Source of the DNA: an uncultured bacterium
GTDB taxonomy: Bacteria; Auribacterota; JACPWU01
Reading direction: 5' to 3'
Length of the DNA stretch: 32,000 bases
Assembly (NCBI GenBank): GCA_964640155.1
Contig: CAZXEQ010000002.1
Coordinates: 30,001 to 62,000 of the forward strand
In this document: positions 16,597 through 26,100 of the stretch, in pieces
Layout of the letters: every line of letters begins with the position of its first letter
Numbering within the stretch: position 1 is the stretch's first letter
Program-made: the position numbers and the translations under genes
Notes under the pieces: model-generated
Told to the model about the DNA's origin: nothing
Databases searched by the model: none
The model's input: only the letters and a program-made list of their open reading frames with translations

Positions 16597-18267
16597 TCAC
16601 TTCAAGTCATCTAAAGAAAGGGGTTTTGCTTGATAAACTTGAATATGAGATTGAATGATTTTTTTCTTTTCTGGAGGAAAAGCATTTTCATCTATGACCA
16701 AAGTACGAAAACTCTCCACACTATCCAACTTTAAATCAAAACCTTCTAATAAAGGGGTTTTCTGAAATGAGAAAAAATAAACTTGTCCACCCTCTTTTAA
16801 CCATCGTTGCATCTCTAATTTAAGATCAACATCCAAATATTCTGATCCAGTCCAGTAAATCTCACTCCCATAAACCCCTTTCAAAACAGACACAATCTTT
16901 TCATCATCAGAGAGAATTAAAGCATTCTTTAAAAACCCTTTTCTAACTCCATCATAAAAATTTAATATGCCTGCTCCATCTCTTAGCCAAAGAACATCCT
17001 TAAAAGAATAAAGATTGATCCCAGATAAGATTATAATCCCCACAATAGCAACCATTTTAGCCAATTTACCCAAACGAGATACCATGCCTAAAAGCCCCCC
17101 AACCCACAATGAAAAAATGGGAATGAGAGAAGGAATCCAAGGTCCCATAGCAATAAGCGAATTAGATTTTGTAAGAGGCTGAAACATCTCAAAAATAGGA
17201 TAAAAAAGAAGCAGAATCATTAAACCTGAAAATTCTTGCTTCATTTCTTTCAAAAAAAATATCAAAACTCCTCCAACAACTAAAAAAAGAAGAGGAAGTG
17301 AGAAAAAATTCATCAATTGAGAAAAAGTATTCGTTCGCAATCCAATCCACAAAATTCCAATTAAAGCAAAACTCAAAATTAGTTTTTCAAGGATTTTTAA
17401 TCGAGAGTTTACTGCCATCCCATCCAAAACAAAGCCAACGGCTCCAAGAATGAGAAGAGACCCCAATCCTGTTTTAGTCATACTTGCTAAAATAAAAGAA
17501 ATGAAAGCTAAAATCCAAAAACGCTTATCATTTTGTTGAGACACAAGTGAAATAAGATAGAAAGATCCTATCACCAAAGCCTGTGCAAGCGAAAATCCTT
17601 CTGGTAGACGACAAAACCAAAGATTCGTAAAGTTCGTAAGAAGAAAAAATGTTACACCCATGGCACCCAATCGTCCAAACATTCTATCTGCAAGTAAAAA
17701 TAATGCGCCCATCGAGAGAACACCAAAAACAGGAGATATAAGTAAACTCAACTTTAACCCAAAAAAACAATTGGCCCAAGCTAACCAAACGCACGCAAGT
17801 CCCCCTTCACGGACCAAGCATTCAGGAGAGAACGTCTTTACATGTAAAGTCCCTTCACGAACCAGTTGGGCCGCTTGTGTAAAAGTAAATCCCACTCTCT
17901 CAGAAGGCCACATCATAAAAAATAAGGCAGCTAAAAAAATAATGAGTACACAAAAGTCTTTCCAGACCAAAGGCCTTTTCATCAAACTAATTTGGAACCT
18001 GAATCGGCGAGGCAGAAACATCAGAAAAGATACAATGACAATAGAAAATACTAAATTTTGAGCAGTAAAAACGCCGAAAAGAGCACATCCCAAAAGTAAA
18101 ACAGAACTTAAGACAACGCTTAGCAGTACACGTAAAAAAAGCTGCTCAGTGAAATGTATGAGAGAAATTTTCAAAAAAGTTCGAGTCAGAACATATCCTG
18201 GCAGAAAAAAGAAAAGAGGAAGAACTAAAACAAAATTTACAACAAGAGTTAACTGATCATGAATCAC
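16597..18267 (-). CDS. Polytopic integral membrane protein of unknown family (possible GT-C glycosyltransferase or glycan polymerase) with a ~130-aa soluble C-terminus
   Basis: 556 aa, hydrophobic almost throughout residues 1-420 (more than 10 helices), then a soluble tail (WLRDGAGILNFYDG...). GTG 18267-18265 overlaps the TGA 18266-18264 of the aminotransferase (GTGA). I could assign no diagnostic catalytic motif by eye. Confidence 0.5.
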   Translation of the reverse strand: MIHDQLTLVVNFVLVLPLFFFLPGYVLTRTFLKISLIHFTEQLFLRVLLSVVLSSVLLLGCALFGVFTAQNLVFSIVIVSFLMFLPRRFRFQISLMKRPLVWKDFCVLIIFLAALFFMMWPSERVGFTFTQAAQLVREGTLHVKTFSPECLVREGGLACVWLAWANCFFGLKLSLLISPVFGVLSMGALFLLADRMFGRLGAMGVTFFLLTNFTNLWFCRLPEGFSLAQALVIGSFYLISLVSQQNDKRFWILAFISFILASMTKTGLGSLLILGAVGFVLDGMAVNSRLKILEKLILSFALIGILWIGLRTNTFSQLMNFFSLPLLFLVVGGVLIFFLKEMKQEFSGLMILLLFYPIFEMFQPLTKSNSLIAMGPWIPSLIPIFSLWVGGLLGMVSRLGKLAKMVAIVGIIILSGINLYSFKDVLWLRDGAGILNFYDGVRKGFLKNALILSDDEKIVSVLKGVYGSEIYWTGSEYLDVDLKLEMQRWLKEGGQVYFFSFQKTPLLEGFDLKLDSVESFRTLVIDENAFPPEKKKIIQSHIQVYQAKPLSLDDLK

Positions 18268-19382
18268 AACGCCCTCTTGTGAAAATCCAAAATATTTTTT
18301 ACGACATATTGAACTTGCCCTGAGGTCATTGAAGGGAAGATCGGAAGAGCTAAACTTTCACGAGCAGCCTTTTCAGCGTTCGGGAAATCTCCCGAATGAT
18401 AACCCAATGAAGATAAGCAAGGCTGTAAATGCAGCGGCATGGGATAATAAATTTCTGTCCCAATTCCTTTTTCAGAAAGAAAGTTTCTTAAGAGATCTTT
18501 TTGGGAAGTTCGAATCACAAATTGATTATAAGTGTGAAAAAAACCTTTAGGTTCATGAGGCAGTTGTAAAGGCGTATTCTTGAGAGTCTTCAAATAATAT
18601 TGAGCAATTTTTCTTCGAGCTTTAATCGCTGCTTGAAATTTTTTAAGTCGAATCAAAAGAATCGCTGCCTGAATTTCATCCAGTCGGCTATTCCACCCTA
18701 CTATTTCATGATAATATTTTTGAGAAGCCCCATGAGCTCTCAGCATTTGAATATGCTTAGCCAAAACTTCATCATTCGTTAAAACCATCCCTCCATCCCC
18801 TGCACCTCCCAAATTTTTAGTAGGATAAAAGCTTAATGCCGAGAGCCTTCCCATCGAACCAGATGGCTTCCCTTTAAAAACAGCTCCTAAAGATTGAGCA
18901 GCATCTTCAATCACTTCTATTTTTTTTGCCTGAGCCAAAGACAATAATTCCTCCATCTGAGTACAAACACCGAAAAGATGAACAGGTATAATTGCTTTTG
19001 TCCGAGAAGAAACCGCTTGAGAAATTTTTTTGGGATCTATCGAGAAACCGTCTTTCTCAATATCGACAAAAACAGGTTTTGCCCCTACTTTTAAAATGGC
19101 TGTCACTGTTGCAATAAAAGTATAGGGAGTCGTAATCACTTCATCCCCAGATCCAATCCCTAATGCTAGCAAACTCAACCAAAGCGCATCGGACCCAGAA
19201 GCCACTCCAATGGCATATTTTGTTTTACATAAAGCTGACAACTTCTTTTCTAGCCCAAGAACATTTTCACCTAAAATAAAATGTCCTGATGAAAAAATTT
19301 CAGACAATGAACGCTGAAAGGCTTTCTCATCCTTTTGAAAATCTTTTCCCACTATAAAAAAAGGAACTTTTATTTTTTTCAT
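18264..19382 (-). CDS. DegT/DnrJ/EryC1/StrS-family PLP-dependent sugar aminotransferase
   Basis: 372 aa with ATG at 19382. Motifs: GVASGSDALWLSLLALGIGSGDEVITTPYTFIATV, IEDAAQSLGA, and the Schiff-base lysine in SFYPTKNLGGAGDGGMV. Confidence 0.9.
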   Translation of the reverse strand: MKKIKVPFFIVGKDFQKDEKAFQRSLSEIFSSGHFILGENVLGLEKKLSALCKTKYAIGVASGSDALWLSLLALGIGSGDEVITTPYTFIATVTAILKVGAKPVFVDIEKDGFSIDPKKISQAVSSRTKAIIPVHLFGVCTQMEELLSLAQAKKIEVIEDAAQSLGAVFKGKPSGSMGRLSALSFYPTKNLGGAGDGGMVLTNDEVLAKHIQMLRAHGASQKYYHEIVGWNSRLDEIQAAILLIRLKKFQAAIKARRKIAQYYLKTLKNTPLQLPHEPKGFFHTYNQFVIRTSQKDLLRNFLSEKGIGTEIYYPMPLHLQPCLSSLGYHSGDFPNAEKAARESLALPIFPSMTSGQVQYVVKNILDFHKRAL

Positions 19383-19422
19383 ATGCTTATACCTTAATTA
19401 TCAATATTCAACTACCTAAACA

Positions 19423-21474
19423 CTAAGATTCTCGAGCTAAAATTTGCAAACCCGAAAAGGCAACGCTTTTTTCCTTTTTATTTACCCCCGGCTCACATTT
19501 TAAATCAATTACATTTAAACCTTGAGCAAACTCAATATTTCGCAAAACAATTTCTTTAATCTTATCCGGTTCTATCTCCCATTCTCCAAGCAGCTGATTC
19601 TGAAAACCAATCGTTACAGCTCTTTTAACCAAGGATGAAGTTAGCAGAAACTTAAGTTGATATACACATTTTCCTGATTCTCTTCGATAAAAAGCAAAAC
19701 CTCCATTCCCAGAAAACCAAGCCCACTCTTTTTCTCCTAATCCTTTTTCTGGCAAATATGCGTTCATACTAACCCAAGTAAGATCTTTGGGCTCAGCAAC
19801 AATCTCAAATACAAACGCTTCTGGAAAATCTTTCACAAGCTTTAGACCGGACGCTTTTAAAAATCTTTCATAAATATTTTTTCGATAAAATTCTTTATGA
19901 AAAATTGCATATTTAATTCCTAAACTGGCTAACCGTTCTGTTACTTCTGGCTCCCAAAGATTTCTATTTGATTTCAAAAGCCACCCTGGAGGAGTTTTAT
20001 CCGGAGCTCCATTCATCATACGTTTAGCATGAAATCTTTGATAAGACAAATATTGATAATGTCGCTTGTCATCAGCTCCAAAAATAGGATATTCAGCGAT
20101 CATAATACCTCCTGACTGCTGACCCAACCATTGATAAACAGGAGGAACTGTCGAAACATCTACATTCCTAATAGGAGGAACAAGCGTATATTCAAAAACC
20201 AAGCCTAAAAGCAAAAAAGAAAAGCAAACAATTCGCATTTGAATACGAGAAAATTTTTCAAGCAAACATTTCAATCCCCATCCAGCTAAAACGGTTACAC
20301 TCAAAGAAACAAAAACACCTGCTCTTGCATATACCCGAAACATGGGGAAGAACTTATATAGAAGATGTGAGGGCATATATAACTTTATAAACTTTAAATC
20401 TATTTCTGGAGGGAAAGAGAAAATCATCATTCCAATCCCACACACCATCATCGCTGAAAGAAAAAAAGATTTTTCTTTAGGCAAACTTTTTCTTTCCTTC
20501 CACCAACGAAAAATACCATAACCGGCTAAAGAAAGAGGAATCACCCCTAAGTATAGAGTTCTTTCAAAGAAATGCCTCCCCCCTAATTTATTCGAAATCC
20601 GTTCGGAGAAAGATCCAAAAATAGGGTGTAACTCTGACGGGACAAAATAATCCCAACACCTTGCAGCATAACTAAACACATCATGATAATTTCTAACCAA
20701 TCCTACTTGCTCATGTTCAGACACAGGGATAAAATGAAACATTCCCAAAATCGCCTTATAAATAAATGGAATAGAAACTAAAAAGCTCACAAAAAGAATG
20801 CCTAAAATACCCATCCCCTTTTTAAAAACAGTTCTGTCTCTTCTTTCAAAAACAAGGAAGCGATACCCAATAAAAATCAAGCTAAAAAAAAATGCAAAAT
20901 AACCGTAATAAGTATACGAAAGAACAGTCACAGCAAATAAAAATCCTGTTAATATCCCATTCTTCAAAGTAGACTGCTCTAGATATTTCCAGAGGCAAAA
21001 CACATAGAGAACAATCCATTGAGCATGAGCATTCCCTAAATGTCCCGCCAAAGTTTGGGAAATGAGATTTGGAGAAAAACCATAAACAATCCCCGAAAAG
21101 AGGCCGATCCAACCACTCTTAGTAAGACCATAAACTAACCATGACACTGTTAATGCTGAAAAAGTAATGCCTAAAACACAAAACAAATTATATGCAACTA
21201 CTTCATTAAAAAGGATCTCTAATAAAATACTTTGTCCAAAAAGAATAGGAAGAACATGTTGTAGCATACCATGTGAAATTTCAAATGGAGCTCCTGTAAG
21301 AGAATTCAAACGAACTAAATCATTCAATATTTTTGAGTTCTGCCAAAAACCGTACAATCCACCCATAGTGTCTTCAGGCCAAGCGGTAAGACCAAAAATA
21401 TGCGTAAAAAAATAAGCTGGAAACGGGAAAAGATATAAAAGGGTTAAAAGAAAGAAAAAAAGGAATTTTTTCAA
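19423..21474 (-). CDS. Polytopic membrane protein, YfhO/GT-C-like, paralog of the 1008-aa protein
   Basis: 683 aa. TTG 21474-21472 overlaps the TGA 21473-21471 of the upstream gene. No ATG is available without deleting the N-terminal helix. Its C-terminal soluble region aligns with the 1008-aa protein: IMIAEYPIFG..HYQYLSYQRFHAKRMMNGA vs VLALPIWPG..IYQYYATRHRLPMINGY; LGIKYAIFHKEF vs FEVKFVVFHEEAF; FVFEIVAEP vs FLFEVLEEP. Confidence 0.6.
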   Translation of the reverse strand: MKKFLFFFLLTLLYLFPFPAYFFTHIFGLTAWPEDTMGGLYGFWQNSKILNDLVRLNSLTGAPFEISHGMLQHVLPILFGQSILLEILFNEVVAYNLFCVLGITFSALTVSWLVYGLTKSGWIGLFSGIVYGFSPNLISQTLAGHLGNAHAQWIVLYVFCLWKYLEQSTLKNGILTGFLFAVTVLSYTYYGYFAFFFSLIFIGYRFLVFERRDRTVFKKGMGILGILFVSFLVSIPFIYKAILGMFHFIPVSEHEQVGLVRNYHDVFSYAARCWDYFVPSELHPIFGSFSERISNKLGGRHFFERTLYLGVIPLSLAGYGIFRWWKERKSLPKEKSFFLSAMMVCGIGMMIFSFPPEIDLKFIKLYMPSHLLYKFFPMFRVYARAGVFVSLSVTVLAGWGLKCLLEKFSRIQMRIVCFSFLLLGLVFEYTLVPPIRNVDVSTVPPVYQWLGQQSGGIMIAEYPIFGADDKRHYQYLSYQRFHAKRMMNGAPDKTPPGWLLKSNRNLWEPEVTERLASLGIKYAIFHKEFYRKNIYERFLKASGLKLVKDFPEAFVFEIVAEPKDLTWVSMNAYLPEKGLGEKEWAWFSGNGGFAFYRRESGKCVYQLKFLLTSSLVKRAVTIGFQNQLLGEWEIEPDKIKEIVLRNIEFAQGLNVIDLKCEPGVNKKEKSVAFSGLQILARES

Positions 21475-22154
21475 GTTTTATTCTCTGGTATCTTCCTGGC
21501 AAAAAAAACCTCCCCGCACTGAATTCCCACCCCTATAAAAAGAAACACATAAATTCCTTGAGCAAGATCCTCAACAATAGGGAGATTCAGACTGATTAAA
21601 ACAGAACAGGATAAAATTAAAAATAAAGCAGCACCGATAAAATAAGATGAAGGATTTTCAATAAGATAAAGATGCGTTTTCTCTAACTTTTGTTCAAAAT
21701 CCTTTGAAGGGGAAAGCCATTTTCTAAAAACGTAAAGAAGTAAGTAATACACAGATAAAGAGACCACCACAAGATTCACAAATAACAAGCAGGAAAAAGT
21801 TTTTAATCCAAACCCCCAGTTAGCTCCCTTCCAAATAATCCACGTACAAGAAGGAATAGCAATTGTTAAAGCTGTTCCTAAAAACCATTTTCTGCTTTTC
21901 TTCTTATATAAAAGGAGCAAGAGGATAGAACTTCCAAGACTAAAAATGCTGTAAAACATCAACCACTCACCTTGAAATCTTGCTAAAAACTTAAGAGCGT
22001 TATGGGAAAGACCTGGTTCCTTTATAACAATACTGAAATATGGAAATAAAAAAATTGTTAGTTTAAAGGTTAAATAAGCGCAAAAAATATTAAAAAAAAC
22101 CATCCCTATGTGAATTGAATCCCAAAACAAATAACGAAGCTCCCTAGAAGTCAT
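21471..22154 (-). CDS. Small (~6 TM) integral membrane protein with no recognisable family
   Basis: 227 aa. The ATG at 22154 is preceded by AAAGGA. Several long hydrophobic segments are present. Its stop is translationally coupled (TTGA) to the 683-aa membrane protein. Confidence 0.5.
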   Translation of the reverse strand: MTSRELRYLFWDSIHIGMVFFNIFCAYLTFKLTIFLFPYFSIVIKEPGLSHNALKFLARFQGEWLMFYSIFSLGSSILLLLLYKKKSRKWFLGTALTIAIPSCTWIIWKGANWGFGLKTFSCLLFVNLVVVSLSVYYLLLYVFRKWLSPSKDFEQKLEKTHLYLIENPSSYFIGAALFLILSCSVLISLNLPIVEDLAQGIYVFLFIGVGIQCGEVFFARKIPENKT

Positions 22155-22173
22155 CTAACAATTCCTTTATCTC

Positions 22174-23130
22174 TTAATCTTTTTTCAACCATACTTGCAT
22201 ACAATCTCCCAAGCCCCCCCAAGAAAGAAAAGTTGTTCCAGGGAAAAGGCCCAACTTAAGAAAAGTACTACTTGGCAACTTTGCGTTCACCCCCAAAATT
22301 TCTTTATGTCTAAATCGATTAAGCCAATAATGAATACTAAAAAGAAAATACCAAGGATAACTTTGAAAAGATTGTTTAACAATCTTAAATCCAACCTTTT
22401 TACTAATAAGACGCATTGTCCTCATTGAATAAAGGAAAAGATGTCTGGGCGTTTCTAAAGGCATCCAAAACTTTCCAAATAGATGGGAACCAAGTGAATC
22501 AACATTAGGAGTTCCTAAGATAACAACTCCATCTTTTTTTAAAATCCTCTTAATCTCTACTAACGTTTCTATGGGATCATACAAATGCTCAAAAACATGA
22601 TTTATTGTTATCACATCAAAAAATTCATTAGGGAATCTTGCCTCTTTCAACGATCCATGAAACACGCTCAACCCCTTTTCTTTTGCTCTAGAAATTGCAA
22701 CTTCACTAAAATCGACACCTTGAACTTCCATTTCATATTTTTTCATCTTATCAAGAAAAGTTCCTTCTCCACAACCGACGTCCAACAAACGCGCATTCTT
22801 TTGAACCTTCACACTTCTCAGTAAAGGCTGTAGAGGAAAAAGAAGGAACCTTTTAAAACTTTTTTTTCGACTTCCATAGTAGGTTTGTTCCAAAATTTTC
22901 TTTAAAAAATTATCTGTTGAAGCTTCGTCTTGTCCTTGATAGGCCCCATACTCTTGAGGATAGAATGATGCGATTTCTTTTTCATCTGGTTGAGGATTAA
23001 TAAAAACGAGACCACAAGAACATTTCCATAAAGAAAACTCGCCTTGAATTCCATGCATCCGATCATGGTTTTTAAAAAGAAATCGAAAGTCATTTGCGCC
23101 GCAAAGAAAACAACTCTTAAGATCCTTCAT
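22174..23130 (-). CDS. Class I SAM-dependent methyltransferase with an N-terminal Cys4 zinc-ribbon
   Basis: 318 aa. The Cys4 pattern is CFLCG...WKCSCG. Motif I is LLDVGCGEGTFL, followed by VQGVDFS and FDVITINHVFEHL. The ATG at 23130 lies 1 nt after the TGA of the 1390-aa gene. Confidence 0.8.
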   Translation of the reverse strand: MKDLKSCFLCGANDFRFLFKNHDRMHGIQGEFSLWKCSCGLVFINPQPDEKEIASFYPQEYGAYQGQDEASTDNFLKKILEQTYYGSRKKSFKRFLLFPLQPLLRSVKVQKNARLLDVGCGEGTFLDKMKKYEMEVQGVDFSEVAISRAKEKGLSVFHGSLKEARFPNEFFDVITINHVFEHLYDPIETLVEIKRILKKDGVVILGTPNVDSLGSHLFGKFWMPLETPRHLFLYSMRTMRLISKKVGFKIVKQSFQSYPWYFLFSIHYWLNRFRHKEILGVNAKLPSSTFLKLGLFPGTTFLSWGGLGDCMQVWLKKD

Positions 23131-23131
23131 T

Positions 23132-26100
23132 TCATGATACCTCTCTTCTTTTTAACCTTAAAAAACAATAACCCAGACACCCTAAAGCAGTTATAAAGGT
23201 AATACTAGACACCATCACCCCCAACTCAAACCACCTCTGCAGAGTAAACTCAATCACAATCTGAAAATCTTTTCCTTGAAATTCAGGCTTCACATTCACC
23301 CACCATCCATTTGCAAAACCATTTACTACTATATGACAAGGAATCTCTATTTTCTGATCATGATCTCTCCAGAAATTTAACAAAGCTGACCATGACTCAC
23401 CTTTATTGGGAAATGATTCCTGGGGGTTATCCATTCTAATATAAGCTTTCCAATCCGGATGGAAAGATTCACTAAAAACCATCCAAAAAGGGCCATGCGC
23501 ATTTTTAACGTTAACAACATAGCGTGTCAGATTGAGCTTTTCAAAATTTAAAATGGGCCGGGAAGAACTATATTGTTTTTCAACTTTTGGAAGAAGCATC
23601 AACCAATTCCATTGAAATTTCTTACTTCTTAAAAATTCAAGAGAGTGGTGATTATTCATTGAAAATGGAGTCCAAAAATCAAATTCAAAACGATTTTTAC
23701 TAACTCTCTTAATCTGAGATGGATTTACTCGTGTAGATACACCCTTTAAACGGAAAAGATCAATATTTTTATCTTTTTCATTAAATTCTAGTTTTATTCT
23801 TTTATACTCTGCAAACTGGTTTGAACATAACTCATAGATAAAAACTGCTTTCTTTTCTCCAGGCTTACTAAATTTAATTGTATACCATCTTTGGAATTGT
23901 TCTTTATTGTCAACTTCTTTCAAAATTTCCTTTAAGTTAATATGAACCATCTTCCTTTTATTATCTATAGGAATTGTTGGGAGATCTCGTACAATCTCAA
24001 CAAATTGATTATCATCTCCTCCTTTTCTAAAACCAAAAGAAGCTTTAACACGATCACTTTCATAATTCGTTAAAATAAGATTTACATTTTCTTTTTTTCG
24101 AATATCCAGATAAGGTTTTTTTCTAACCTTAAAGCAGAATCGCTCATCTAAAGGAATATTCTCTAATTTACTCACAAAGTAAAAAATTCCATCTTTAAGA
24201 TAACACCATCCACTTTCAGAATCTCTTTTTAAACTTAGGTCATATTTCACTTGAAGTGGTAAACGGTGGATCATTTTTAAACCATACAATTCAAAAAGGT
24301 ACCATCCTTTCTTTTTCTTTGAGCAGTCAACCCCCCAAATCTTATGAGGTAAAATTTGTACACCCGTCAAATAATAATGCTTTCTGCCCGGAAATTCGTC
24401 CTGAACTTTCCTTAGGAGGTTCACAAAAAATGTCTCTTTTTGATCAGAGGTTTTCTTAGGATAACTTGTGCGCGGGATAAGTAAATACTCCTGTTTATCA
24501 TTTTCTATCTGCACTCGAAAAACAACTTGAATTGTTTGAACAGAAGGATCCTGCAACTTATAAGTTAAGGCCAAAAATGGATATTTTTTTAAATCAATCC
24601 GTTCCCTCCTTTTAAAAGCTACCTTACTTTCAATATTTTTCTGTGATTGAACATGATAATTTATTTTTATAAATTCATCGGCATAAGAATCAAAGTAGGC
24701 TTTAAGTTTTAAAACATCATTCTCCCAAATCTTTAAAAACTTACATCCTATCGCCTCATAGTCAACACCTTTGGACACCTTCTCATTCTGCCTCAAAAAA
24801 CCTTGATTCTTTAAAACCGGATTTAAAATAACATTAAAAAAATTTCTTTTCATTCGCACGAAAGGTTCTTTCAGAGAAAAACACCCCTTAAATTGATACT
24901 CTACATCTTGCGCAAAGAGAAAAATTTTTTTTATTTCTTTATTCAAAACTTCCGCATTATCATTTTTTGAGGGATATATTAAAAAGACATAAAAATAATT
25001 TTTGAACCTCTCTCGCACCTTTTTAATCTTTTGTTTTGGAATTAATAAAAATTCACATTCTCTTTGGGCTTTGATGCACCTAAAAATTTTTTTCTGAACA
25101 TCCTGAATCTTTACTTCATGCTTACCACTCTCTAACCTTATGTTTGCTCTTTTTATCCACTCATCACGAAGCTTATTATTTGATTTGCCTTTTCGTAACG
25201 CAAGCCCATCGATTTGAATAGGAACCTTATTATATTTTTGAAGATTCCATATTTCATACTCGCAAGATATTTTTATATCAAACTCTGTCTTCATGCCTCT
25301 CTTAAGCTTAATTAAAAAGACATCGTCCTTTCGGTGAATTTTAAAATCTTTAGTTTTCTTCTGGACAAAAAGATCCACAGCTCCATTCTTTAAATAATCC
25401 AAAACAAAATTTTCCAAATTTTTATTTACTAATAAGATCGGACTTTGTTTTAAATCAAGGTCTGCAGAATTAGCCAATAGTTCCTCAATTCTATGTTTAT
25501 TTTGTTCCATAAAAATGAATGCTGGTTGATTCCCAAGATAAGAAGCTTCAGCCAAAGGTAACAGGCTTCTCATCTCACCTGAAATGATACTTGCACCAGA
25601 AGCAGCATAAATTTTTGGAAGAACATGCTGATTTTTAAAAAAAACGATATGCTTCCCCCCATAGAGCTTAGTGAGATATGGGACGCTCTTTAGTCCATGC
25701 ACAATTCTTTTTACAGAAGGGAAAACATTACTTGAATACATATTTAAGCGAGCAATAATGTATTTAATATTTGCCAAATTGAATAAAGAAGGAGGTCTTC
25801 CTTCTACAGTTAGATTCATTTCTTGTTCTAGAAGTTCATCAAAAACTTTCAGAGAACCTAGATTCCTTCGATCTGCTTTATTACCAACAGTCCCAGGAAC
25901 AAGCGAAAACCCTGAAAAAGTATCAGCAAATTCATGAAAAGCCCCACAAAACTTCTTCCCGTTTAGTAGCCCCACAAATCCCCCGGCAGGAAGATAAAGC
26001 GCCTTAAACATTTCTGAACCCTTCAACATTTTCTCAACATATAGATATTCTCCTGGAAATTTGTGGGTTCTAAGCCTAATATCCATGCCTTCTTTGGGAG

